From contig JAUCBJ010000587.1 of assembly GCA_032718475.1 (NCBI GenBank), positions 1 to 49,743 of the forward strand: a stretch of DNA of 49,743 nucleotides, read 5' to 3'. A model generated the notes under the pieces. The model was not told where the DNA came from. It saw nothing but the letters and a program-made list of their open reading frames with translations, and searched no databases. This DNA comes from Nemertoderma westbladi (Eukaryota; Animalia; Xenacoelomorpha). Below are positions 1-13,102 of this stretch, piece by piece. Both the position numbers and the translations under genes were made by a program. How positions within the stretch are numbered: the stretch's first letter is position 1; each line of letters opens with the position of its first letter.

Positions 1-79
1 CGTTATTAACTTCTTAGAACCCTTAACGTTATTAACTTCTTAGAACCCTTAACGTTATTAACTTCTTAGAACCCTTAAC
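1..79. repeat. 26-bp tandem repeat (CGTTATTAACTTCTTAGAACCCTTAA) x3, probably truncated by the window edge
   Basis: Three exact consecutive copies at 1-78. Confidence 0.9.
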
Positions 80-2005
80 TGTACACTTATATCTTATTTG
101 TAAAATTAGTTTATTCGGTTTCTTGTTGAAACTTCCTTTTGATAAATCCTTTGTAAAACTGTAAATATACTGCAATTTCCTGACATGTTTTCTTTTGGTC
201 CGACTTCGGGACAGCCGAACACCAGGGAGATGGCAGCCTAGACCGTTAGGCCGTAAGCAACGCAGGGAAGGGATGTCCACAACACGCTAGCGCCCACATT
301 GGATCGACCGCGCACCCCCTTTGCCCCTTCGAAATACTCCACTTGCTATGCAGCGCCCGCTTTGTGAGAAGGTAAGACTTTGTTCGACGCCCTTGCCCGC
401 CGTAAGACCTATAGATCAGGGTAAGCGTGACACCGTACTGGACGCCGCAAATTTAGGATCAAATAATTATATCCAGACAAACCCCCCCCCTTTGTCAAGT
501 CCTACGAACCCCTGGGTTAACCTGTACTTCCTACAGGTGCGAACTATTGCCATTCGTCAGTACGCGAGTACATATTAGGTACGGACAGCATATGTTCCAT
601 AATTTAGTGATTCGTAGCACTGACTGTTTGGTACCGGTTCGCTTTGTAGAACGTACATTAGTACCCCCCCCCCCCCCCCCCCCCTGTCTGGAGTTAGCTA
701 TTTGATCAGGCAAGGAGTATTTCTGCTACCGGCACACTGCTTGGCCTAGGGAGGTTTATTAATATCCTACCGCGCCTTGCCACGTACTGATAGGTATTGC
801 TGCTAACTACCGCAGCAACAAAGTTCTAGAATTAAATTAGTATACCAGATCAGCTAACGTACGGTAGCGATTAACCCCTATTCTTATCTTACAACCAGAA
901 TCTGGTATTAGTGCCGATCACGGGTGTAGTTACTAACACTGTGGTTGCCCATTGGGTTGTGGATAGGAAGGAGAGAGCTTTGACGTCATTCGTGAGTATA
1001 AAGTTCTACAAACGCGACTAGTTTATTTTAGTAGCTAGCGCACGGTATCATTTTAGTCAGAAAATCACTAAAACCTAGTAAAAGGAATTACTCGAAATTG
1101 TTTTATTTGTAACACACCCACACACACACGCCCTAAAACATATCGCCCTTAAAGTTCTACTAGCTATAGCGTACTATACATTACGTTAGGTGGAAATTAT
1201 CTGTATTTGTAAAATTAGGATCTGATTTAGTTGCGGCAATAAGGAGTATTTCATTTTCGTTATTAAACTGTTGTTTGTCTGGACAACGGTATTGTTACAT
1301 TTAGGCCTGACCTTTTAGACTGATTTCGTACAGGGGGATCAGTTATTGTTACATTTAGGTACGACCCCTTTTCGACTGATTTAGGACTGTCAGTGTTGTT
1401 ACGCTAGGTCTGTTAACCCACTAGCTCGTATATAAACCATATAAATCACACCGCGGCAAGTTACTGTATTTAGGACTGTCAGTGATAGTTAGGATTCGCT
1501 GCGCGGGGATTGTTTTCCCGTGAGTTTGGTCTGTTACTGTAACTGTACATCTGCCTCACCGGTTAGAGGACAGGTATCCTTCTGTCTAGTACGTAGGCAT
1601 TCGACCCGCTCACGTACATAGAATAGATACAAGGCTCTGTTCCTCGCCAGTAGTCGTTTGTGTACTATATCTGTTTGTTTAGATATCCTGGACTGGGATT
1701 TGTTGTCAGATACTGTACAAGCCCGTATACATTACTAGAGTCTCATAGTAAGATACATCGTTACTAGGATCTGGTAAGCGGTATACTACTGGACCCTTAC
1801 AATATAGTTGTATATATTTCCACTGAAATTATATACCGGTATTCTGTGACAAACCTAGTCTGCAATAATTATATATACTATAGGTGTATACCGGTATTCT
1901 AATATATTGTAATTAATTGCCGGTACTAGGCTAACGATCATACTGAATTACTAGACTTGCTTTAACTGTAACTATAGCAGTAGGCATTCAACTGTATAAC
2001 TAAGC

Positions 2006-5000
2006 ATGTCTGACACAAAGCAAAACCTGTCAGACAGTCTAATCGATACAACCATCTGTGACACAGATAGGAGTGTGGAACGATTAAGAAAAGGGTTCAG
2101 CTCACCTCCTACTGAAAGAAAGGTCATCCCTCCAGTAGTAGTATCAGACCCTAGGCTAATCCAACACCGTTGGTCTATCATCGGCACTCAGGCCCAGGTC
2201 AAACGGAACCAAGAAGCAGCTGTCCTACAGCAGCAACATCCTAGTCAAGAACCTAGTTCCCAGCGACCCGATAGCTCCAGTAGTTCAGATACTGTAGAGC
2301 TGACCCCCGAACGCAGAGTGAAGATGGCGGATACAGCTTATTCGGATCCCCTTCTCACTCTTCCTGCCGCAGTACTAACTACGATATTGATTGCGGTGGA
2401 GGAACACCAAGTCGATTGGGCGAGAAGTAGGCGATCAACCCTAGATAGTAATGCGGGATACGCAAGGGAAGAATTGATGTCTATTGTCGAGTCACAATGG
2501 AACTTTCCCGGACCCGGATTCCCGTTAGACTTATCCGAGGCTACCTGGGAAGACATACACAGGATGGGAGTGACTAAAGATACGATGGATCCAGCTGTTT
2601 GGAAGAGGTCGGCAGCAGGATATGTGCAGGGATTCTTCGGCTCCTTAGAGCGATTAGAAGAACAACTGTTTCGACAACCCCAAGGACCTCAAGAGCAGGA
2701 AGAGCTGCTTTATCAAGTACGCGAAAGAACCCTACGCATTAGATTAATCCTATCAGCCTTTGAGGAAACTTCCAAAAGAAGACAGGACACGTCGCTGCAA
2801 GTTGCTGTCAAGACTTGGTTCAAGCGGGTAGGTCTCAAAGTTCAAGAAACGGCCCAGTGGAAATCCCAGCTGGCTGAGCGACCAACCTATGAAGAATCAA
2901 CCGATGCCACCTTTTCTCAAGTGGAAAGCGAAGTGACAGCAGAGAGACCGCGAACGAGAGACGCTATCGACATCTATCTGTCAGACTATCAGCGGTTCCT
3001 GGGTGATGAAGAGTTGAGGAGAAGGCTGTCTGAACTTCGCCCTAATAGTGAAGGAGCCAAGCTTGTGTTGGACGCAATCGATGCGGAAATGTCAGCTGCA
3101 AACCAAGCTAAATTTGATGAACAACTCCGCATCGCTAGAGCCCAGGAAGAACAAGTAAAGAAAAAACGGATAGAAGACAGAAAGGCAGTAGCAGCGGCAA
3201 AAGCGGCAGCGGCAGTGGAAGAGGCAAAGGCGGTAGCGGCAGTGGAAGCGGCAAAAGCGGCAGCGGCAGTGGAAGCAGAAAGAAAGGCTGCAGTGGCAGA
3301 GGCAGAAAGAAAAGCGGCAGAGGCATTGGCAGAAGCGGAACAGAGAGCGTCTGAAGAGATCACCCAACTAGAGTTGGAAAATATTCAAGAGAACCAAGAC
3401 TTTATCAATAAACAGTTAACAGCTAGTCAAATGCAGATGATAAGTCGATCTACTCCCAAACGACAGGGATTTACATCCTCTGATGAAGGCGATACCACTG
3501 ATCCTGAAAGCAGAGGACATAGATCTCGTCTAAGTAGGCGTAGAAGAACATCTCATCGTCAGAAATTGCCTGATTTGCCTCCAGCTGTTAGAAGACAACT
3601 AGCTAGCACAGCCGTAGGTAGTACAGAACCCACAGACCGAATTGTTACCGTAAGCAGACTCCCTACTATAGTAGATGAGCCTGAAATAATTAGGCCTGTT
3701 CTCGAAAACACCCCTTCGGTGAGAGAGACCCCTGTACTCCCTGAACCTACCACCAAATTCCCTTTGCACAGTACTAAACTGTCTGCACCCGGTGGAGCAG
3801 CCCAAGAGAATGTCCCTGTCCTGGACGCTGAGAGAGAAATCAAAAATTTGTCTCCCGTCGTCCCGCGTCTGCCCGCTACAATGTTGGCGACTCCCGCTTC
3901 GGCGGTCGAGTGGGTAGAAGAGGGATGGCGGGGGATGAATCTCCTGCTCGGACAGATGCAGGAGACTGTCCACCAGTTCAAGGGAACAGTAAGGGAAAGT
4001 AGGTTAGAGTTGCAAGAAGTGCAGCAAAGTATCGCGCTAGAACGCAACAAATTAGTAAATATACAAAAGGGTATACCAACCCCCCCTGTAACAATGTGTC
4101 AACCTGTTAGGCCTAAAGTATTTCATGCGCAAGGTGTGGAGCCTACACGCATCTATACTGCTAGTGAAGTAGAAACTCCTATAGCAAACCCTATTAAGGG
4201 TGATTATAAACCTATTGATAATAATATTCCATATAGACCTGATAATAATCCGAGAAATTTATATACCGATAATTCGATATTAAATAACACGATGGCCCAA
4301 GAAAGCTTTACGCGTCAGATGGCTAGAACAGAAGCCCGCCAAGCGGTCAAAGTGGGAGAAATCATCAAATTCAATGGAGATGAGATGAAATGGTTACCTT
4401 TTAATGAATATTACGAAGATAGCATACAGAACTCTGTACTATCTAGCGGAGAGAAACTTAGATTCCTCATCAAGTGTTTGGAAGGACCTCCCAAGTTAAT
4501 GGCGCTGAAGTTTATTGGACATCCGAATGGATTAAGACAAGTTTGGGATACATTAAACATCAGGTATGGTAACAAGGATAACATAGCTAAGTATTTGTAT
4601 GCAAAATTAGTAGCCCCCCGAAAGTTCCTTAGTAGCGGGATTATAGAGTTTTCCGATGAGATTCAGGAGATCTGTAGACAATTGGATTGGTTAGGTAAGT
4701 CTCATGAATATCAGAGTTCCATGGTTATTGGAGCCGTAGTCTCTACTTTGCCAAAGGGTGGAGTATGTACACGCTGGGACAAGAAAGTGTTGTATATGAT
4801 GGAGCAACAACGATGGAGCCCTACCATGGCTGATCTCATGTCATTCCTAGACGGTGAAGTAAAATTACAACTCATAAAGCAGTCCAGAGAGAAAACATCG
4901 GAAAATAAGGTAAGTGAGAAACCCGTTTCTAGGAGAAGGGTAACACCAGTGTGTTATACTGACGACGGCGAAAGCCAAGTTTCTCAAGAAGAGGACAGCG

Positions 5001-6562
5001 GGAAGGACACTGACCGATCTTACTATGTTAACAAATCCTCGAAAGATGTAAGTAAATACAAGCCTCGAACAAATGATAGGAGAGAAAAGGTTGCCAAGAC
5101 CCCTCCTCAGTCTCCCAACAGAATTCACGGAAGAAAGCCCGAAGAACGAACGAAAGTGTATAACATTACCCAAGGTAAAGTGAGCAACATCAAGCCAAAC
5201 TGTGCGCTGTGCGACGGGCCCCACCGCTTGAGTGCGTGTGCTGAATTCCTCAAGAAATCCCTAGTAGACAGACGAGAAGTCATGTGGGATAAGCGGTTAT
5301 GCTATAATTGCCTCAGACAAGGACACCAACGGCGAACCTGTTACTTCGACGTAAAGTGTGCAAAGTGCGGTGCGAAACATCACATCTTGTTACACAGTGA
5401 ATTCGAACGAAACCACTCGAGTCAGGTAAGTGAGCCCGAATTACATGTCCAATTCAGTGATGTAAATGACACTGATCAAGAATCTGAGATGGAAGGATTC
5501 TATACGGACGAATTCTCCGACGCCAACGAATCCTGTTACCTAATAAATACCGCAGTGTATCGAGCACTTACGTATGAAAAAGACACCGACAATGAGTTCC
5601 CCCTAACTACCTTTGACAGACAACCATCTTGGAAAGCTCCAACTTCCAACGTAGGAATACGAGAATTTCCTGTAGTGCAGGTAAGAGTTCACGGTCCTAA
5701 CAAAAGTTACATAGTGAACGCCCTCCTTGACTCCGGCAGCACAGGAACATTCATCGACCAAGAACTAGCCGAAGACATCTTTGCTGGACAACCCAAATTC
5801 CGAACTAAGTTAAATATGTCAGGAATTATGCAGGTTTGGAAATCTACCATAACGGCAGATTACTATGTAGGTGTGTTGTCCACCCCCCAGGATAAATTAG
5901 GAGAACAAAGTATAAGGTCAGTAAAAATGGTGGCTATAAAGAACTTCGCTACTACCCAAGTAGAACCTTATAAATGGGACGAGGACGAAAGCATCCAACA
6001 GATTAAGATACCTCGATTCCATACAGATTATCCTGGAGTACAAATACTCATCGGCCAAAATGCGCATGAGGCGCTGGAGACTTTGGAGAAACGGCCTGCT
6101 CAACCGCAGCCACTACAAACCTATGCGGTAAGAACTAGAGTAGGTTGGTACTTTACTGGCCCTTCCCGCAGAACTCTCGAAGAGAGATTACCGCAAGAAA
6201 GTGTATTCCAAGTGAATGATTGGGAAGTGGAGAGCAGTGAGGTGGACAAACCAACTGAGGGAACACCATACTCCTCAGATAATGACGACATCTGCCAACT
6301 CTTCGATGAAGAGAACACAATCGACCTACTAACCGAAAACAAAACATGGAACAACCAGTTAAACCTATGTCAACTGATTCGCCCATCAGGACCAATTGAC
6401 TACAATGACGAACTCAATGACGAGATAGAGCGTTACAACGCTAGAACTTGGGATGAACTCGCCGTACGATTCTTTACTCAAGAGGTGGTAGAGCCCAATT
6501 CATACGATAAGGCTCTATCAGTAGAAGAAGACAACTACACGTTTTTTAAAAGATCAAGGTAG
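2006..6562 (+). pseudogene. gag: BEL/Pao gag-protease part of the polyprotein (open for 1518 aa, then frameshifted)
   Basis: DUF1759-like gag core (KFNGDEMKW...GEKLRFLIKCLEG, from about 4360); three knuckles CALCDGPHRLSAC, CYNCLRQGHQRRTC, CAKCGAKHHILLH; aspartic protease ALLDSGST (about 5720-5745). The reading continues in another frame as GRYEIGLPF at about 6558. Confidence 0.92.
3175..3345 (+). repeat. Coding repeat for an Ala/Glu/Lys coiled-coil-like stretch (AAAVEAAK/AAAVEAERK) in gag
   Basis: Repeated GCGGCAGTGGAAG-type units, in frame. Confidence 0.75.
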
Positions 6563-9500
6563 ATATGAAATCGGCCTACCATTTCGAAAACGAGAACCTA
6601 GATTTATAAACAACCGACCCTTGGCGGAGAAAAGAATCGCTCAATTACATCGACGCCTTACGGCAAATGCTTCAGCTAAAGAAATGTACCAAACGCAGTT
6701 GAAGAAATTTATTAGCAAAGGATATGCGGAGCGAGTACCGGAAGAAACACCCATAACAGAGAGAACGTACTATTTAACACATCATTACGTTCCCAAACCC
6801 GGTAAACCCCATGAAGTACGAGTCGTATTTGATGGCTCCGCACTATATATGGGTCAATCCCTCAATTCCGAGTTGTTACCAGGACCCAACTTACTCCAAT
6901 CCTTGTTGGGAATACTTCTAAGATTAAGACAATATTCCATTGCGTTTGCCTCCGATATAGAAGGAATGTTCTTACAGGTCAAGGCGCTAGATAGGGATAG
7001 AGACAGTCTAAGGTTTCTATGGTGGCCTGAAGGAGATCTCAATCAGAAACCGGTGGAGTACTGGATGACCATCCAGGCTTTTGGGATCATATCAAGCCCT
7101 TCAAACGCCTGCTCAGTGGTGCGGACCACTGCAGATGACAACCGGGACGCCTTCTCCAAAGAGGTGATTGACAAGATCAAAAAGGATATATACATGGACG
7201 ACAATTTAAAGTCCCTTCCATCAGTAGAAGAAGCCATTGATGTCGCGAAAGGAACGGTAGAGTGCTTGAAAAGAGGTGGATTTTGACTGACGAAATTCAC
7301 CAGCAACTCCCGTGAGTTTCTGGAAGCGATACCGGTAGAAGACCGAGGAGCAAAAGACCTAGACTTAATAAAGGATGATCTTCCAGAAACCAAGACGCTT
7401 GGCTTGAAGTGGGACACCGAGAGAGATATCCTGTTTTTTCAGCTAAAACCGCGAGATAATCCAGTTCGTACCAAACGGATTTGTTTAAGTATCCTGAGCA
7501 CTTATTTCGATACATTGGGATTTATTAGCCCAGTTATATTGATTGCTCGGAGTTTAGTACAACAAATGTGGCTTGAAAACCACTCATGGGACGATCCACT
7601 TAAGGGAGAACTGTTAAAGAGGTGGATGAAATGGGAAGATTCTCTACCTGCCATCGAGAGCTTTATAATTTCCCGTTCATATTTTGGTCATGTTCTCCCT
7701 ACGTATTCCTATCAACTCCACGTGTTTGGAGACGCCAGCGACATGGGAATAGGAATAGTAGCATACCTGCGAGTCAAAACTCCGGATGGAATCAAAGTCG
7801 CCTTGGTTACCTCAAAGGCATTGATTAACAACAAGTTAAAGGTTCCTCGAGCGGAGTTAAAAGCGGCTCTCTACGCTACAGCCATCGGCCGAAATGTAAC
7901 GGAACAGATCGATTATCCACTGGAGAAAACTGTTTATTGGACCGACGCTTTGCTCGTGTTGGAGTATATAACCAATGAAGTCTGTCAGTTCAGCATCTTT
8001 GTTACCAACAGAGTGGCCATTATTCTTAGTCGCACAACGATAGATCAATGGAGACATTGCCCTGGTACGATTAATCCAGCCGACATCGCCTCCAGAGGAG
8101 CAACTCCACAGGAACTGATAGATACTCCAGACTGGTTGGGTGGACCTGACTTCCTGAGCAAGGAAGAGGATGAATGGCCTCCTCACCTTACTACGGCGGA
8201 GATCAGACAAGCCAAGGGAGCGGAGAAAGTCAAACCTAAAACCCGGGCGAGTAAATCGAAGTTATTTAAACCGACGATCGATCTATCTGTATTACATACT
8301 TCCGGAAACGATGCTTCGGATCCCCAATCCCTCGCCACAAATAAGTCTGTTGTGGAAATTAGAGATAGAGATTGGAAATCTGGAATACCAGATGTCTCGC
8401 AAGGAATCTCACCCCTGCTGCAGAGAGCAATACATCACTACAGTTCCTGGAATCGGCTCTGTAAGGCCGTCGCATATTTAAAGCGATGTTTTCATCGTCG
8501 TTGCTCCAGGACGAAGACCACTAGTGATACTGCTCCATTGACATCTGCGCAAGTTCATGTTATTAAAGATCTTCCTAAATATAAAATATCCGACCGGTTT
8601 CTAAAGGAGAAGATCAGTTACCAAGAGCATGAAGAAACCAATAAACAGATACTGAGACTCCTGCAATGCTATGAAGATTCCGATAAGTATTTCCTGTTGT
8701 TGAGAAATCCACAGATGCGCTTAAGGGATTGCTTCTCTAGCACAATGATAGACGGGTTAATACGTGTTGGAGGAAGACTCACCAATGCGCCATTATCCTT
8801 TGACACTAAATTCCCCATACTCATTAGAAATCTTGAAGTACAAATCAAGATGATTGTAGATGTGCACAGTAAACTTTATCATGCTGGTAGAGAACGAGTT
8901 CTTAGTGAAATTCGAACTCGCTATTATTTTTATAAACCCCGTAGAGCTCTGAACCAAGTTCTTAGGAACTGCATACCCTGTAGGAAAGCATTCAGTAGGC
9001 CTTTAACACAGCGAGAGCAGAATTACCTAGGGAACGAGTAAGCTTCTATGAACCACCCTTTACTAATACCGGTGTAGATTTATTTGGCCCTATTGAAGTA
9101 TATCGTGCTAGGACTATAGTCAAGAGATGGTGTGTCATCTTCGTATGCATGACTTGTAGAGCCATCTATCTCGATATGGTGAACGATCTATCTACCAACA
9201 GCTTCGTCTTAAGTTTACGCCGACAGATCGCTCGCTTCGGAACTAGTAATACCATGAGATCGGATAAGGGAACGAACTTCATTGGTGCCAACAACGAAAT
9301 CCAGGCTTACGTGAAGGACTGGAACCAAAGACAGGTGGACGATCAGCTAAGGATAACAGCGTCTAGCTGGACCTTCAACGCCGCCGACGCCCCTTGGTGG
9401 GGAGGAAGTTGGGAGAGATTAATTAGAAGTGTCAAGACCGCATTTCACTTTATAGTGCCGTGCCGTGCGTATCTCACCGACGAACTTTTGCGGACGTTAA

Positions 9501-10075
9501 TGGAGGAAATCGCTGCCTATCTCAACGAAAGACCGCTTATGCCAGTCTCATCGAGTCCCGATTCCCTGGAAGCGCTAACACCCGCGCACTTCCTACTGAA
9601 GAAACCTGTAGCCATGCTCCCACGATCGGAGATCGCCGACGGAGACGAATACTGCCGTCGAACTTGGCAACTTATGCAGTTGCTATCCCGTCGTTTCGCT
9701 GACCATTTCGAGAAACATTATCTGCCCACGCTACAACTTCGAACTAAGTGGTTTGCGCAGCAAGAAGACGTCAGCGCCGGAGACATGGTGCTTATTGTGG
9801 ATTCCGACCTCCCACGTAAGCGGTGGCAGACAGGTCGCATCATCGAGACTCACATCTCGGATGACGGTTTGGTGCGCTCGGTAGAACTCGTCGTCATGCG
9901 GCGTAACCTCAAGAAACCCGGCATAATCTTTGAGACGCAACAACTCAATCGCCCAGTTGGTCGTTTATGTTTACTGGAAAGAGACCGGGAACTCTCCGGA
10001 AACTATGGAAGGCAAGACACTCTTCCCACGACCACCTCCCTAATTCCTCAAACATCTAGGGACTCCCTAATGTAA
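6558..10075 (+). pseudogene. pol: BEL/Pao pol (RT, Pao-type RNase H, integrase) with one premature stop and one frameshift
   Basis: RT motifs VRVVFDGS, DIEGMF, YMDD (7191-7202); in-frame TGA at 7284-7286; RNase H motifs LHVFGDAS, PRAEL, WTD, NPADIASRG; HHCC zinc domain, then GVDLFGP, SDKG, WERL. A 1-nt deletion near 9016 is confirmed by copy 2 (CGAGAGGCAGAA there versus CGAGAGCAGAA here). Confidence 0.95.
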
Positions 10076-10082
10076 TACGTCT

Positions 10083-10090
10083 GGAGTGGG
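10083..10090 (+). other. PPT-like tract GGAGTGGG followed by TG (possible start of a 3' LTR at 10091)
   Basis: Lies just after the pol stop, is conserved in copy 2, and resembles CTGGGAGCGG|TGTA at 13093-13106. Confidence 0.5.
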
Positions 10091-11665
10091 TGTATGACTA
10101 TATTATTTTATCTATTTTATTATATTTTATATTTATGTATGTATTATTATGTACTTTATTATAATCGTTTTATTTAATTTTATTAAGTAGAATGTTATTT
10201 TAGATTATTTAGTAGATTAGTGCAATATATTAGTGTTTATTACGTAATTACATATAATATATATTTAGTGTGACGGCGAGAAATAATTCTTTTCTCTTTC
10301 CTTACTGTCCTGTCCGTATTATATGATATATTATATCATAATTATATATATATATATATATATATTATAATATTATATAAATATATATTATATAAAGTTC
10401 AGATCCTCGTGTCTCGGCTAAACCAAGCTCTGGGTAGACCTTGGAAACAACTTGCCTCTTTACACTGACATTGCCTCGTGCGATATTGCTCTTCTACCTT
10501 ATATTAAATAATACATATAGTAGCGTGATGTCCCTCTAACAGTAGCGTAAAACGCAAATAAATCTGTTAAACCTTTTGACCATCTGTAATTCTAGTCGAT
10601 TAAGATATCGCGGCACCCACCGATATACTTGAAAGACAAATTCTAGAATCAGTGGTTAACGTCCCCAGACAAGTTCTGGAATAAATCGGTGCCCATCTTA
10701 AATATTAATTTAATATTTATTAAAATCTGTAAAATTCAGATCCTTTAAAATTTCTAGTCAATTAAGATATCGCAGCACTTACCGGTATTCTTAAAAGACA
10801 ATTTTTATAGAATTAAGGATCCTAGGTCCCCAGATATGCTCTGGAATAAAATTGTGTCAATTTTACCACCAAATAATAAAATTCACGGGAATAAATTTAA
10901 ATTCATATCTTTAAATGAATTTAATAAATTGTCATTTTATGCAATTTCTAACATTCCCAAAATTCCATTAATTAATAGATCACGGGAGCGGAGATTCATC
11001 CTATTGAGTGTATTAGAGTGCGAGAATCTCCAACATATAGTCAATAGCCGATAAAATTCATAAAATCATGCATAAAGAGGATATTGACAATTAAAGAATT
11101 ACTATTAAATAGCATCCCAGATCTGTATGCATGGGAATTACCCTAATTCTACCGCTAGCTTTCCATAATGTCACCATAGCAACATCCACGCTAGAATTAG
11201 AAGCAAGTTAAAAAGAACAATAAAAGGTTTGCCCCATTGCATAGCATAAAGAATATAGCACACTGTTAGTATCCAAGGATACGTAACAATAACGTGACAT
11301 TCTGGAAGGCTCTGACTAACGGACAAATGGCCTGTATGTGTACAATTGGTGACAGTTATGTGGAATTTGTGCGTTTATAGGTGAATGTTACTACTAAAGT
11401 GTGTTTACAGTAGCGAGTCGCAATTGTGAAAGTAACCCTAACTCTGCAGTAAAACCTGAAGTGAATTCAAGACTTTGGGACGGACAGTGGAGTGACTTGT
11501 GCCGGTTATCGTTGTCATGGTGTAGTTACACGTTGGCGAAAACACCGCGACGACGGTACATCGGCGCTGAGAATCCCACTGTCCGGGGGCAGAGAGGGGT
11601 AGGCAGCGACGCCCGCTCGCCTAAAGATAAACTCATTATAATATTAATAAACTCATATAGCAGAT

Positions 11666-13025
11666 ATGACGGAGTTGATAGAAGATGATCTTGGTATTAG
11701 AGAGAGATATACTCTACCTTTACAAGCGTTTATGGATAGCTTGATACGCGGTGAAGCTGATCCAACTACTACGGAGGACGATGGTAGTTATATCGAACCG
11801 CCTATGTCCCAGGAGCAACTTACGCGTGAATTGGACAATAGAAAATTCACCGCTCGCTTTACGCATCGTAATGGTACGCATATAGACTTCTTAACTACCG
11901 GCCATTCTATCGATTTACACGATACGGACTATGTCAACACCGAAAGGGAAATGGTACTATTTAAATATCCTACCCAGTGGAGTCGGAACGATAAACTGAA
12001 ATTCGAATGCGAAAATTCTATTCGAAATCGACTCGAAAGAAAGGATGTTAAAGAAGCTGATAAACGCGGTAACTCCAACGTATATTTGGAATCCTTGAGA
12101 GAAGCATTGTAACACCAAATAAATATCACCCGTTTCCTCTACAAGACGTGCCTCTTTGGTATTATAACGATGAATGCCCAAGACCAACCAACAAACGGAA
12201 AGACATAAACACCAGTGGAGACGTTGCTTTAAACACGGTTTACTCGCTATATTTACGGGAATTTCGGGAGAAACTTGTTCGACGTGTCGCCCACGCTCTC
12301 TCGACTCTGGCGATCCTTGAGTAGACCTATGATCGGAGTTCCGGAATGCTCGGTCAGACCTCCTCATTCCTTAGTTAGACCTCAGACTCTTGATCCTAAT
12401 AGTATCACGGATCCTCACGAGCTGTACTTACCGTTCAGAGGTCCTGTGTTACCCGAACCGTTAGTCGGTGGCACTCAGGTTGTGGGCGCCCTAAATATCC
12501 GCCCATCTTACCTGGCCGGATTGGGGCACGGGCACCCGATATCGCCATTCAACCGTATAATCGGAATCGTCCCCGTTTAACATGATACAACCCGTCATCC
12601 AGGTGGAGGAGAGCGTTGCACGAAACGAGTTAGACGCTATTCTACAAAGATCAGAAAAGAAACCTACGTTTGTTCAGATAAACTTAAATTATAACAGCAA
12701 GTCCAAGCAGTAAACGGATTGGCTTTATCCCAGTTCGATTGGGAAATCCAGAATCTCTAAGACGATATTGAACTTGGACGACCCTATTCTCGGCGAGAGT
12801 TTTAGACAAACGTATCCAACGATGAGCGGAGGAAAATCAGCTCGAGGAGAAGCATATCGAAACAGCGGATACCCCGACTATAATCCTACACCTTCTGATG
12901 CAATCATATTGCACCCTTCACCCAGGAGTTATAGCCCTCCTTGTAAAGTGGCTCGCCCCAAAGAGAAAAGGACTCTTGCTAGCTTTAAAAAACTGCGTAA
13001 ACGCCGTCCGCGCAAGAAAGACTAA
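11666..13025 (+). pseudogene. Unidentified fragmented ORF region directly upstream of the PPT/LTR
   Basis: A 148-aa ATG ORF (11666-12112) is followed by consecutive same-strand open segments (IVTPNKYHPFPLQDVPLWYY..., 12275-12580, 12768-13025) ending in KKLRKRRPRKKD. The region is more GC-rich than its flanks. No domain recognised. Confidence 0.5.
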
Positions 13026-13102
13026 CTGTTTAGAGTATTTCGTATTTTAGAAACTGTGATTTTGTATATTTTATAGACTTAAATCCCATTTTCTGGGAGC
13101 GG

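Larger units (their letters stand above)
186..11566 (+). mobile_element. BEL/Pao LTR retrotransposon, copy 1 (decayed; boundaries approximate)
   Basis: Domain order gag-PR-RT-RNaseH-IN with three Cys/His knuckles, YMDD and a BEL-type integrase. Homology with copy 2 covers about 1823-2058 and 8051-11566. The 5' boundary is placed only from a weak PBS-like TGGTCC at 196. Confidence 0.85.

Noticed and set aside
196-217. Primer-binding site TGGTCCGACTTCGGGACAGCCG
   Set aside because: Only a gapped resemblance to the tRNA-Tyr-type TGGTCCTTCGAGCCG and the adjoining LTR is unconfirmed; used as a hint only.
6535-6562. Programmed frameshift at TTTTTTAAAA
   Set aside because: BEL/Pao elements normally have one gag-pol ORF, the break lies after the protease, residues appear to be missing, and the copy has other lesions; decay is the simpler explanation.
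2338-9943. Antisense and alternate-frame ORFs within gag-pol
   Set aside because: Shadow frames of the retrotransposon coding strand.
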